From: Bigelowiella natans CCMP2755
Taxonomy: Eukaryota; Protista; Cercozoa
Reading direction: 5' to 3'
Assembly: GCA_000320545.1 (NCBI GenBank)
Contig: ADNK01000960.1
Coordinates: forward strand, 1 to 33,711
Length of the DNA: 33,711 bases
Shown: one piece after another, positions 12,621-24,087 of the stretch
Layout of the letters: every line of letters starts with the position of its first letter
Numbering within the stretch: position 1 is the first letter of the stretch
Program-made: the position numbers and the translations under genes
The notes under the pieces: model-generated
What the model saw: only the letters and a program-made list of their open reading frames with translations
Told to the model about the DNA's origin: nothing
Database searches by the model: none

Positions 12621-12955
12621 CAATGCACTGCTCTATGAGCTGTTTATATATGTTAGTGAGTGCTGTACACATCTAGCCAGCTAGCAGCAGGCATTGTGAT
12701 GCAGCACTTGTACGTAAGTACGTACGTACTCAGCTATAGCTAGGTAGGTAGGTCGTGTCTCATGCATGCATAGTAGCTCGTATTGCTGCCTCTCTTATTG
12801 CTATGGTGGCCTTACTTATATTGCAAATCTTGGTGCATACATGCATATCCGGTATGTGCATGCAGGAATGGGGCTGAAAACTGCATGCTAGCTAGATAAT
12901 GTTACGGTATTGTATTTTTGCCAACACGTCCAGTCTTAGGAGTCACTTATCTAAT

Positions 12956-13241
12956 CTAGCCCAGTTGGGCTAGCGCCTCTCTTACGCAACAAATTTGAAA
13001 ACGAATGGATTCTTGAACGAAATATTCTGCTTTAAACCTTGATCCTTTTTCTTGGGCTGAAAATACATCAATTTTGGTCTAAGAGCAAACGGTTAACTTT
13101 GTGATTTTCTTCCCAGTGCCCAAACCTCTCCTCTCTTTACCTCTCAACAATGCAAGTGTGCAAGGTTCACGTACAGATGCGCAACAATATCAATTTCGAT
13201 ATTGTAAATTTAATATATTTTATATATAAATCTAAATATGA

Positions 13242-13288
<47 letters not shown>

Positions 13289-14822
13289 GGGGGGAAAAAG
13301 GGGGGGGAAAAAACTGGATGACAGGAAACCTGACACTGAGTTTCTTTTGCTTAACAGAATATTTGATGCAGGCTTTTTTGGTATCAACCAAGAAAGGCAG
13401 TTTGATGTTGGTAAAATACCTTAAATTAGATCAAAAAGATATTAATCTACATTCTCAATAATTGCATCAAAATTGAGGACTTCAGCGAAATCTTAGAACT
13501 TGGGTCCGTTTCGGGATCTACATTTTTTTTTTCGGATCCTGACAGTAGGAAATCAAGCATCAATGGAGTAGTCTCAAGGACACATACGAGAAATAAGCTA
13601 AAACACCACCGTGCATCACGTCTATAATTGGGCAAGCAACAGCAACTCTCTGCTACGCACGCATGGCGGACACCCACCGTTTTGGAGGCAGAGCAGTCTG
13701 TTCTCCGACAAATGAAATTTGAGTGATTCAAGCCCTTCAATTAGCGCTGGCAGCCGGATGTATACCATCAGTTCCAGAGGATATCTCTGCACCAAAGATC
13801 ATTCAAAATTATATTGGAGTCCTCCGCCTAAGCCCTGCCCCTCCCACAGATGCACGTACACACCGTAACCTCGCAGTCCGTCGCACCCTCGAATCCAGCA
13901 GCCCTGACGAAGAATCTGCCCAAGAAGCTCTCGAGTCTCACTTTCATACCTGAAGTATTCGTTACTTACTCATTATCTACTGCTATCGAGGTCTGTCTCT
14001 TCGAGCAGGTAAAACTCTACACTCACACCTGATCTTGTTCGACAATATACTGAGTGACTGAGGGCCTTCGGTTTGGTTTCCACTTTTTCCTTGGCCTCCT
14101 TCTCTTTTTGCTGTGTTGAGGTTTTTGTCAGAAGGTTGAATGGAATACATAAATCCATGAAGCACCTTTTCGGCTTCCTTGACCCGAAACATTGAAATTG
14201 CTCTTCGAAGCTCCTCCGGCTTTAAGTCTGGCATCTGATAGGAGGGAAGGAGGATATACATGCATAAATATTGGTCACGGTTGTTCACATCTAAAATGCC
14301 AAGTCTTACTTGTTTTCGGAAATCGTCCAAGAGTAGCTTTTCCTTTAAATTAAAATACTCTCAGTTTTTGTCTGAGCTAGGCTCTAAGAATCATGGTCAA
14401 TTAACATAGGTTTAGTTTCGTGAGATAATCTGATCACTACCTCTTGAGAAAGTGGCGGTTCTCTTGGTTTTGGAATCTTAGCTTGGAAAAGAGTAGATTT
14501 TCCTCCAGGCTCCTGGAAAGTATTGCTGGTTCCAGAGAATTGACTTGGCGGGATTTTATTCTCACCAGCTGCAAGGGTCTCTTTTCCACTGGGAGTTGAA
14601 ACTGGACCAACCTCCTTTTAAATGGAAGTTTACGTGTTTTTAAAGGTACGAGAATATACCGTTGCATTCAAAACCAATGCACGTGCTCAAAAGTGCAGAG
14701 AATCCAGAGAAACAAGCCATATGTATGTGGATGATTGTACATACTACAACCTGAACTTTCTTTTCTTTCGGTTTGCGTATCCTTTGCTTTCCGGGCTTTG
14801 TTCCGATATATCTTTTTGCATG

Positions 14823-14863
<41 letters not shown>

Positions 14864-15547
14864 TAGTGAGAAGATCGATACATCGTAAAATTACAAGGCC
14901 TTCAAATACCGAATCTTTGGAAATGTGAATGAAGAAATGGCTTTCACAGGAAACTTCCGTTGTACGTTCTGAAACGCAAAACTAGCAACATTTTCCCTGA
15001 ACTCGGTGTCCTTGGTGCATCGAAGGACAACCTGAAGATGCGAAAATGTAAATTAGTTTTAGATATCTTTTGATTAGTTAAAGTTGACCTCATCATTGAG
15101 GACGACATCAAAGATCGCACACTCAGAAGCTGCTCTAGCCTTCTCACGACGCATCGGCCCGCAACTCATTGGAAGCCTGTGGAGGAAAGTTCAGACGTGT
15201 ATCCACAGCATTTCTCTCATTCGAAACCTGACGTGTACTGCCCCACTTCCACTTGGATCCGGTGTCTCACTTATTGGAGCAATGTGAGGGGACTGGCAAA
15301 TGTTGAGGCAGACCTGCATTTCTGGCACAAGAGGTGGATATGACACAAGTGAGTGCTTCATGGAAGATTACTCGTCACTGTACAAAATTCAACCATCGCT
15401 CGAGTCCATGTGCCCAGAGCTGTCATGACTGCAGTTGAGTTTCACTACAAATCCGGGCTCAGGTTGGATCTCTATCGAATTGGCCTCAAACTGGCGGAGA
15501 CGTTCTTGCTGAAGCTGTTGCAGCATCATCAGCTGCTCAGCTGACAT
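12956..15547 (-). CDS. PIH1-domain protein (PIH1D1/Nop17/kintoun family HSP90 co-chaperone adaptor), multi-exon
   Basis: Spliced exons give the PIH1-N signature IEIQPEPGFVVK...VCLNICQSPHIAP...VRLPMSCGPMR...CAIFDVVLNDE...FRENVASFAFQNVQRKF and a C-terminal CS-like domain YPLELMVYIRLP...YFTNIKLPFLVDTKKACIKYSVKQKKLSV. Start may extend upstream; last exon (stop 12956 vs 13167) uncertain. Confidence 0.75.
14820..14862. repeat. (TG)n microsatellite, intronic
   Basis: Direct read. Confidence 0.9.
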
Positions 15548-16324
15548 GTTTTACAACCTGCTATGGAGAGAGACCAGCAGCAGTGTCATATGATACACTG
15601 ATCAATATATAAAGCTTCCTTAGGCGAACGTGCATACCACCTTTGCAGCAGCAGCAGCCGGAAATAGGCCCGTCGTCGTCTTCTTCGTCTCTCCCACCCT
15701 CGCTCGCTGTCCCCCAGCCGAAAACGATCGATGATCGGTGTGCGAGCAATGAGGCGGCTACGACATGATTTAGGCAACTTTTCCCCGTGTAAACCAGGTC
15801 AATTCTGGGTCAGGGAAAAACGCCCTGCAAACGGTGCTGGAAGAGAAAAGAAACAACTGAAGACTCTCATTTCCATTTATTTCGGAAAAAATACGGGCTG
15901 GATTTACCTGTGTAAACTCAAGTGGTATTCGCTCTCGCGACAACTCACTTTGGCCAATGTTTTTCCGAGGCCAATTGCCGGGGAAATCGAGGAATTGATG
16001 CCGGAGCCCAGCGAAAAGAGGAGAGAGACACCGGACAATTCCTGAGAAATCTCGCGAAATCCGGCAGCAATCAATTGGAGAGACACAAGCTCGACAATAC
16101 ATCTGCTGAGAATCATCTTGTGCAGAAGTGCGCGGCAGGGCGGCTCCCGTCATTTTCTGGAACAGTACGAATAAGAGACTGCGCCTCGGGAAACTTCTTG
16201 TCTCTCAAGCCAGAAAGTGAGCCATTTTCTCGAGCTGGGGACAATCCTCGAGGGGAGCGTAATTCTGAATAATCGAGACGCCTGCTTCCTCCTACCTCGA
16301 GACCTCCACTTCACCCCGGTTGCC

Positions 16325-19300
16325 ATGGAAAATTTACCGAAGGCCCTGCTATGGGCAATTGGCGAAAGTATCTCTTAAATCCTGACTAATCATCCTTTCG
16401 TGCGATATTTTTATTATTTCTACAAGCATCAAATTAGCCTTCATTCGCATCTTGCCCTCTCCAACCTAACTTTGATGCGTGCTGTGCTACAGATCAGGAG
16501 CAGCGCGTGCAAGCTGAAAGAGAGCTCAAGAAGCTCGAAGGATTAAACATCGTCGGATTACAACTTAATTTCTCAACTCTTTCTCACTTTTGAGCATTCT
16601 CTTTGAGCATGATTAATTTCCTTTTTTCTTTATCAGCATGCGTACATGCACGGGCTCTGCGAATGCATGCAAAATCGGAAGCTGCCTCCAAATTCACGAC
16701 ACCTTGCTGGAATCCAATTAAAGAATACAATTGATTCAAGGGTATGTATAAATTTTCCATCGTGGTCAGTAGAAGTATCTAAACGAAGATTTTCCCGGTA
16801 GGCGGAGCAAAAACGCCAACAGCTTCAGCAACGGTGGTTAAACCTTCCAGCGCCGAAGCGGAGCGATTTGAGACTAAAGGTCAAAGCAGATACACTTAGA
16901 ATATGAATTAATTGAGTTGAACATAACAAGGGAGGAAAAGGGTGAGTTGTATCGAGATAGTAAAAGAGAGAGCACGAGGAGCAATAATCACGCTCTTCCC
17001 CGACGCAGTATCTGGATTCCTTAATGTTCAAACTCGATGTTACCTCAGATGCTCAACGCGCTTAATTTGCCTGAGAAACCACTTTGGGACATCGCAGCAC
17101 AGGCAAGTCAAAACAATGTTTTTTGGTGAATTAGTAGTCACGGAAGTTAGGGACAAATCCATTGAAGTCATGGTAAGACAAAAAAATACTGTTGGCACAG
17201 GTGGTGGCCAAGGTTGCAAGGATTGAAATTCCGCGGGACTTGTGGCCAGGGTTGATGAAGCAACTTGTACAAGTATCTAGTGACAGCAAGTCGAATGATT
17301 CGCTCAAGGAGGCGTGTCTCACAACCATGGGTTACGTTAGTGAGGAGGTTTGCGAAGAGGTAGTGCCGAGATACTTTGTTTTTGGTCATTGTTCGGTTAG
17401 AATCTGCGAGATCTTACAGCTCATTACATCTTATTCTTTAGTATCCAGAGAAATTGCAAGGCAGCAGCAGTGAAATTCTGAATACGATACGATTGGCACT
17501 GGGAAATCCACAACACAGCATGAATATAAAAGTAGCTGCAACAAAAGCTCTCAAGAATTCTCTGAGGATGGCTCGCAAAAATTTTGGCGTCCCTGTAATT
17601 TTATTTTACTTTAATGTTATTTCTTTCATTTAAAAGATGATGATTTCCTATTGCAGCACGAAAGAGCTCTTATCATGGAGAAGATGATCTTTGCATCTGC
17701 GATTTCGAAAGACAACAGAGTGCGTTTTGCGGCCTTCGAATGTCTAGTTGAAGTTGCTAAATCCTATTATGAACATATTGGAAATTACATGAAGCAGATA
17801 TATGAGGTACGGAGCAAGTTCTGAATCGAAGACACTCTTAAATTCACAAATTCTCTGTTCTTCAGTTAACTTCACAAGCCATCAAGAAAGGAGATGAAGA
17901 TATTGCAAAACAAAGCCTAGAGTTTTGGACAACTGTGTCGGAAATAGAAATCGATATCCAGGAGGATCATTTAGAGGTATGAGTTCTATTCAACTCGAAT
18001 CAAAATCGATGCATGCTAACCCTCGAACAAAATTACTCAGGCCGAAGAAAAGGGGAAGAAAAGTCAACGTAAGAATTTGAATATTGTTGCAAGAGCCGCT
18101 CCTCGGTTGGCAGATATGCTGTTGATGTCCCTTACGAAACAGGTAGCTGAATAAATGTCTGCTCTTTTTTCCACGGATTCATCATCACCGCCTAATCTCT
18201 AAATCTCTGCTACCTAGGACGAAGATCCTATGGATGATACTTATAACGTGGCGCAGGCCGCAGCTGTATGTCTTCAACACATGGCCCAAAATATAGGTGG
18301 AGCCGTCGTACCATTAGTGTTGCCATTCGTCAAGCAGAGGATTAAGGACAAGAATTGGAGAAATAGGGAAGCCTCCACATTGGCATTTGGTGAGATGAAA
18401 CTTTCGATTAGTAGTAGTATCCCCAATCTATCTCGAATATGATTCAAACAAACTCTTCCCCTATTCTAGCTTGTATATTGGACGGCCCTTCAAAGAAGGA
18501 CTTAAAAGGCCTAGTCCTGCACGCATTTCCTGTAATCTTGGGCCATATGCAAGATTCTCAGCCCCAAGTGAAGGATACTGCTGCTTGGTGTATCGGGAGA
18601 ATATGCGAAGAAATGCCGGGTGCTATTACTCCTGAAATTCTGAAGAACCTAATGGAGGCCCTCCGCAGGGGGCTACACGAGAATCCAAAGATCGCTCGGC
18701 ATGTGTGCTGGGTACTTCATTTGAAATTTGTTGTGTAATATTTAATTCTGACTCTCAACTTCTTCCCGCTACTAGGCAATCTGCAATCTAGCCAATGAGG
18801 TACAAGTGAACAATAACACATCAGCTCTTTCGAGATACTTTGGAGCTATGGTTAAGGAGCTACTAAAAATCGCCGAAAAGTAAGGAATCTAGCATGAATG
18901 TTAGATAGAGGAAGCAGGTCTCTAAAACTGTTCTTTCTCAGGCCTGATATAGATCTTCGAGGAGATGCTTTCGAAGCTATTAATGCGTTGGTTCTCGGTT
19001 CTGCAAGTGATGTATACCCAATGATTGGACAACTTGTTCCGGAACTCATGAAGAGATTGAAAAATGCCCTTGAGCATGGAGGCAAGCAGCTGTCTCCCGC
19101 CCAAGCGGCGTTGGTAGCCAATGCTCAGGCCTCCTACTGCTCCACGCTTACCATCGCTATAGGCAAACTTTCTGAGAATCCGAAGCTGAGGGAGACATTA
19201 TGTCGTTATATGGATCCTATGATGGAGTTTTTTCTGGGAGTACTACGACAGAACCATTCAGAGGCTCATGAGGAGGCACTTCTTGCGATCTCTGCTGTAG

Positions 19301-19473
19301 CAAGATGTACGCACAGCACACAGAGTAGATGTATGCAGTAGTGTTCTAACGTGTATTATTCACATATGTATATGGTTTATAGGCATCGAGAACAACTTCC
19401 TCAGATATATGCCACACTTGTACGAGAAGCTTCTTCAAATCTTAAGGGATATCCAGTCTCCTTCGGTTAGTAG

Positions 19474-19521
<48 letters not shown>

Positions 19522-20472
19522 CTATTCGAACCACTTTGGTCAAATTCTCCGTCGTTTATTTTTATTTCACCATCTACTTAGATTTGCAGTATAGCGATAG
19601 GAGTATGCGGAGACGTGGCAAGGGCTTTGGATTCAAAGCTGGTTCCTTACTGTGATGAAATTGTGAAGACTTTACTGTCGAATCTAAAGGTTCTTGTTGG
19701 AATTTGCATCTTGATAATACCGTTTGCCCAAAACTGAATTTTCTCGTGTAATCAGAATGGAAGTCTCGAGAGACACGTAAAGCCGCGCATTTTGGAATGT
19801 TTGGGGGACATCGCCCTGGCTATTAGAGGAAATTTTGAGAAATATTACAAACATGTAATGATATTGCTTCAGGATGCTTCTAGGTTAGATTTCCGGCAGG
19901 AAAGGGTACATCTCATCTCAAGTTGAGTGTCTTTCATCAAATCATCTAACATGATAATGTACCAAATTGTTAGGACTATGAGACAGTCGAGTACATGAAC
20001 TCACTAAGAGAAGCTATCATTGAGACTTATGTTTCTATTCTGCAAGGACTTGCTGATGGAGAAAAGGGTAAGAAGTCTTTTGAGATGAGTGATGGGAAGC
20101 TCACCATTTTTTGTCAATGTGCAACAGAGCAACTGTTTGTCGATCACTTGAAGGCTTTACCAGACTTCCTTGGTAAAATTGCTAGTGATGGAGACACATC
20201 TGACGAAGTTATCCGGGCATCATGCTCGTTCATAGGGTACGTAATCATCATTTCTCAAATCGATGCTAATCTGAGTTTGATTGAGTACTCGTACATTGTT
20301 TGTTCTCTTCAGCGACATGGCAAGAACCCTTGGGCCTAAAAATCCGCAGCTACGCAAGTATTTGTTGACCCAAGCTCATATCAAAAAAATCATCAACGAC
20401 GGGTTTCGAAGAGACGACGTCTGTAAGAAGCAGGCAGAGTATGCAAAGCGTCACGTAATGGCCCTGCAGTAA
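16325..20472 (+). CDS. KPNB1: Importin subunit beta-1 (karyopherin beta 1), about 20 exons
   Basis: IBN_N motif RHLAGIQLKNTI, then IEIPRDLWPGL, KEACLTTMGYVSEE, QSLEFWTTVSEIE, DDTYNVAQAAAVCL, NWRNREASTLAF, VKDTAAWCIGRIC, HEEALLAISA, VKPRILECLGDIALAI. TAA 20470-20472. Confidence 0.95.
19477..19516. repeat. (TA)n microsatellite in an importin-beta intron
   Basis: About 20 TA units read directly. Confidence 0.95.
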
Positions 20473-20883
20473 ATTGTTATTTGTTAGCCGTGGCGGATGA
20501 GCCACGGCTTTTCCAAAGTTCTTAATTATATGGAGATGTCGGTACATAAAACAGCCTTCATTTTGTCCATCTGCATCTGGATTCAGTTATAATTCTGGAG
20601 AAATTCGTTTGTTTGACGATTTGCATGAATACATCAAACCATAGTATTTCACATGCTGAAATAAAATTTACCCTGCATTTAACATTTTTCGTTGTACTGC
20701 ACGCATCATCTAACAATGATATACGACGCCCGCTATTTTTCTTTTTGTTAGTTACATGCAGATATCTGCAATATTTCGCCGTATTGCGGCGGACTGCGCA
20801 CGTAACACTACATCTAGTACATGTGAGACATGTAATGACATCTAGACATGTCTAGATCTCTAGATCTATCGACACATGAAACA

Positions 20884-23575
20884 TGAGACGGATGCAATGA
20901 AGAATTGAATTTTTTCAATGGTCATCCTGATGTAGCTGTGCAATGCAGCGGCTACAGCGCTAATGTTGTGTCTGTTGGTTTCTGCCACCACGTGCTTCAT
21001 GCATTTGAAAGCGTCCTCAAGTGTCCGATGTTGTCGCGCGCGCTGCGCGCAACAGTTCTTGAATCCTTTTCAGCCTTTGTCAACCGGTTTGTCTCGTCGT
21101 TGCGATTCATGATTGCGCTCAATTGATTGCGCAATCTGATTTGTTGTCGACCATGTGTTGGACATTGCAGGAGATGATCCATGTTCTTCAGGATGCCACA
21201 TGCATCGCATGTGGCATCTGTCTCTGCACATTGTCCACGTGAAAACATGAATTTTCCAAGATTGCCGACACCACAGATGGCGCGCATCCATGATCTAGCG
21301 ACACTTGGAAGTTTTAGTTTGATGCCGGTGATCGAAGATGACGGAAGGAATCCAAGATGGATTCTTGAGATGCACAGCTCTCAGTGAATCATCAGACCAT
21401 TCCTCCTCGAATTCGGCAAAAGCGCACAGGATTTCATCACTTTGTGATGTTTTTTTGGATCTTTTTCCAGCGCCTCTAGCTGTTGTCGTCAAAACAGTGG
21501 GAAGTTCGTCACCTAACAAGTCGTCGGTGATCGATTTCAGCCGGTGAAACAGAGATGCTTTGTTCCACGTGTTTGTGGACACATCAGTCCACGATGTGCC
21601 ACCTGGCATTTTTCGATTTTCAATGATGAAGCCGTGACTGCTCCAATCATTTGTTCCCTCATGCATTTCAGGACCGCTGCCTGCATCGATCCATGCATTG
21701 GTGCGTGACCATGATTTGGCACACTGCACTTTTGTCTGGTGTCGGGGTGGCAACGTGCCAGTGAGGACGTGGGGAACGTCGTTGGAGACAGATCCAGGCA
21801 ATCCTGACACGCCTCGTTTCAGGGTTTGGGATTCCATGGAATCCATCTGTTTCATTCGCATGTTTCTTCGCGATCTCCACATTGGAGCTGCGTGTCTGCT
21901 GGATGCAATGAACCATGATTTGCAAAATTTCAGTCTGACATTTGGCGGCACAAGCTAGCAAGGTGTCTGGAACAACACAACCTTGACAGAAACCTTCGCT
22001 TTTTTTTCAATCTCAGGTGAGAAGCAAGAGCATGTTTTTCAAAGGTCAGTTTGTTGTCGAAGACCAGTCCGAGATATCTGCCGCTGTCGACCCTTTTCAT
22101 TTTGCCTTGGAGATTCAGAGAAATGTTCCAAGAAGTTTGGTGCAGGTGGCCTTTGTTTCTTTCATCCATGATGAGGTGTCCACTTTTGTCCCCATTGAAT
22201 CGCATCCGCCATTTCATGCAATGGGCCGTCGTTTGGTTCAGGTCGGCCTGGGCATCGTCTTGCATTTTCCCCCATCGCTTTGGCGAAAACAATTTGCAAG
22301 GGGTGACGTCGTCACAGTGCATTTGGAAATCTGTGTTGTGAACTTGTTCACAAATGTCGCAATGAGATGTGAACAGGAAGCAGCTGAGCGATGATCCTTC
22401 TGGGACCCCGCTCTCCAAATTCACATGTTCAGAAAGAGTTTTGCCAAGTTTGAATCTGGCGGTGCGATTTCTGAGCCAGTCGTCGACCCACAATGACAGC
22501 GAGCCTCGCATTCCACGTTTGTCGTGCAACTTGCGTGTCATGCCGGAATGCCAGGCTTTTGGACAAGCTTTGGAGGCACCTGTGAACAACATCATGGCTG
22601 CAAGTTTTTCATTGTGCACTCCATCCTCGATTGACTGCGTCATCTTCGTCAGTGCAGTTTCGCCGGATCCATTTTTCATGAATGCATGCTGATGTTTGCT
22701 GATGGCATTGGGAGTTCGATCGCGGAGACGTTCCAGCGTTGTTCTGCTAGTTTGTCTTCCATTTTTGAAGCTGTTTGCAGGAGAGAGATCGTTCTCCCGT
22801 TTGGAGGGGTGTTGAGTTCTTTGTTGGCCTTTGGGATGAGGCAAAAGATGGCCGCCTTGCGTGAGCCATCTCGGGTGCCCCATCTGTGTGACGTGTTGAA
22901 CGTGGCCAACCACAGTTCATGGAGTTTTTTGCTTTTCTCCAGCATGTTGAGGTGAACACCATCATCGCCAGAAGACTTGCACGGTGATGCTTTGTCAATC
23001 ATGTTTCTCAATTCATGCATGGAAAAATCCCTGTTGCATGAATCAATGCTGTGAATCTTTTTGTCTTCTCTTTCCCTGAAGGCATTTCTCCAGGCCTCAG
23101 TTTCATTGTGAAAGGTTCGATTTTTTTTGTCTGACGGGTGTGGTTTGTAGATGTGTTTCCATTTCGCAACACACACTTCACATTTTTCATCTTCAGAGGT
23201 TTCGCCGTCGAGTCTTCCGTGTTCATCCCGTCCTCTGGATTTTCGGAACAATTTGCACAGCATTCTGGTGTGATTCCCATTGTTGCATTTTTCAAAGCGG
23301 GACAAGAACAATTGCCATGCTTCGTACTGAAGGGTTTCAGTGGTTCGTTCAAGTTCAGCATTGATTTCTTGAATCTTGCTTTCTGTCATTTTTCGTTTGC
23401 GAAATTTCCTTTCATGTTTCAAGGATCTGAATGACAACTTTTCTTGTTGATCTTTGATCAATTTGCATTTTGTGTCGTTTTGGTGTGGCTTGATTGGGCT
23501 CCAACGTTGTTGTTTTTTTGGTGTGCAAATTTCAAAAGCTTTTCCCACAAATGTGAACAATGATGCACTGTCAAA
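20884..23575 (-). mobile_element. Degenerate, 5'-truncated non-LTR retrotransposon (LINE) ORF2: RT domain + C-terminal CCHC knuckle, at least 4 frameshifts, strongly TpA-depleted
   Basis: RT motifs KSSGDDGV, LIPKANK..RTISLL, QHAF, SKACPKAWH, GVPEGSSLS, MHCDDV (YxDD), KWRMRFN, RYLGLVFDNKLTF. C-terminal CDACGILKNMDHLLQCP. No endonuclease domain visible; clade not determined. Confidence 0.92.
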
Positions 23576-24087
23576 CTAGCTGCTAGCTAGAGTGGCCGCC
23601 ATGCCATGCAGCATGCATGCATGCTGGCACGATGCATGCATGCTGTAGCGAGCTGGCAAGGCTAATTTATGAATAAAGATGAGCACGCACATCGGGTATG
23701 ACGGGCTTCATAGGGCTAGCGAGGTGCAAACAATGAAAAACAGAACCGCCATCATTAGCTAGCTAGCCACGCTAGCACGCTAGCATGCACGTTGCTAGTT
23801 TGTCTAACTAGTTAGAAAACATGTGTTTCTCTAGTAGCAAAATGAGTGAATGTGCGTTGTGCATTGGGAATTTGCGTGTGCATTTCAAATTAAAGCAGCA
23901 CACATGCATCGACATGACGACCATGGCGATGCTGCTAGCGGGTGGATGCCGGATCACTTGTGTAAAGGTACCTCTAGATCTATCGAGTATATTGCAACGC
24001 ATCCGTGCTGCGCTAAGTATAATTTACATAGCTTGCATAATTACACTGTGTTAAAGTAAAATAACTTGAAGTAGCCTTGTTATCTGT

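Noticed and set aside
15731-16272. ORFs of 70-127 aa in the PIH1/importin spacer (and similar ones at 8638-9130, 24768-25130, 32223-32505)
   Set aside because: No homology cues, mostly non-ATG starts, and they lie in head-to-head promoter regions.
21930-22913. RT as a bacterial retron, DGR, group II intron or telomerase
   Set aside because: Motif order, YLG thumb region, C-terminal CCHC knuckle and multiple 5'-truncated 3'-end copies fit a non-LTR retrotransposon in a eukaryotic context.
20905-23434. Many overlapping plus-strand and alternative-frame ORFs over the LINE
   Set aside because: Explained by loss of TAA/TAG stops in TpA-depleted DNA; no recognisable protein motifs.
20884-23575. 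Classical RIP or 5mC deamination as cause of the LINE's decay
   Set aside because: RIP would raise TpA and 5mC decay would deplete CpG; here TpA is nearly absent and CpG is plentiful.
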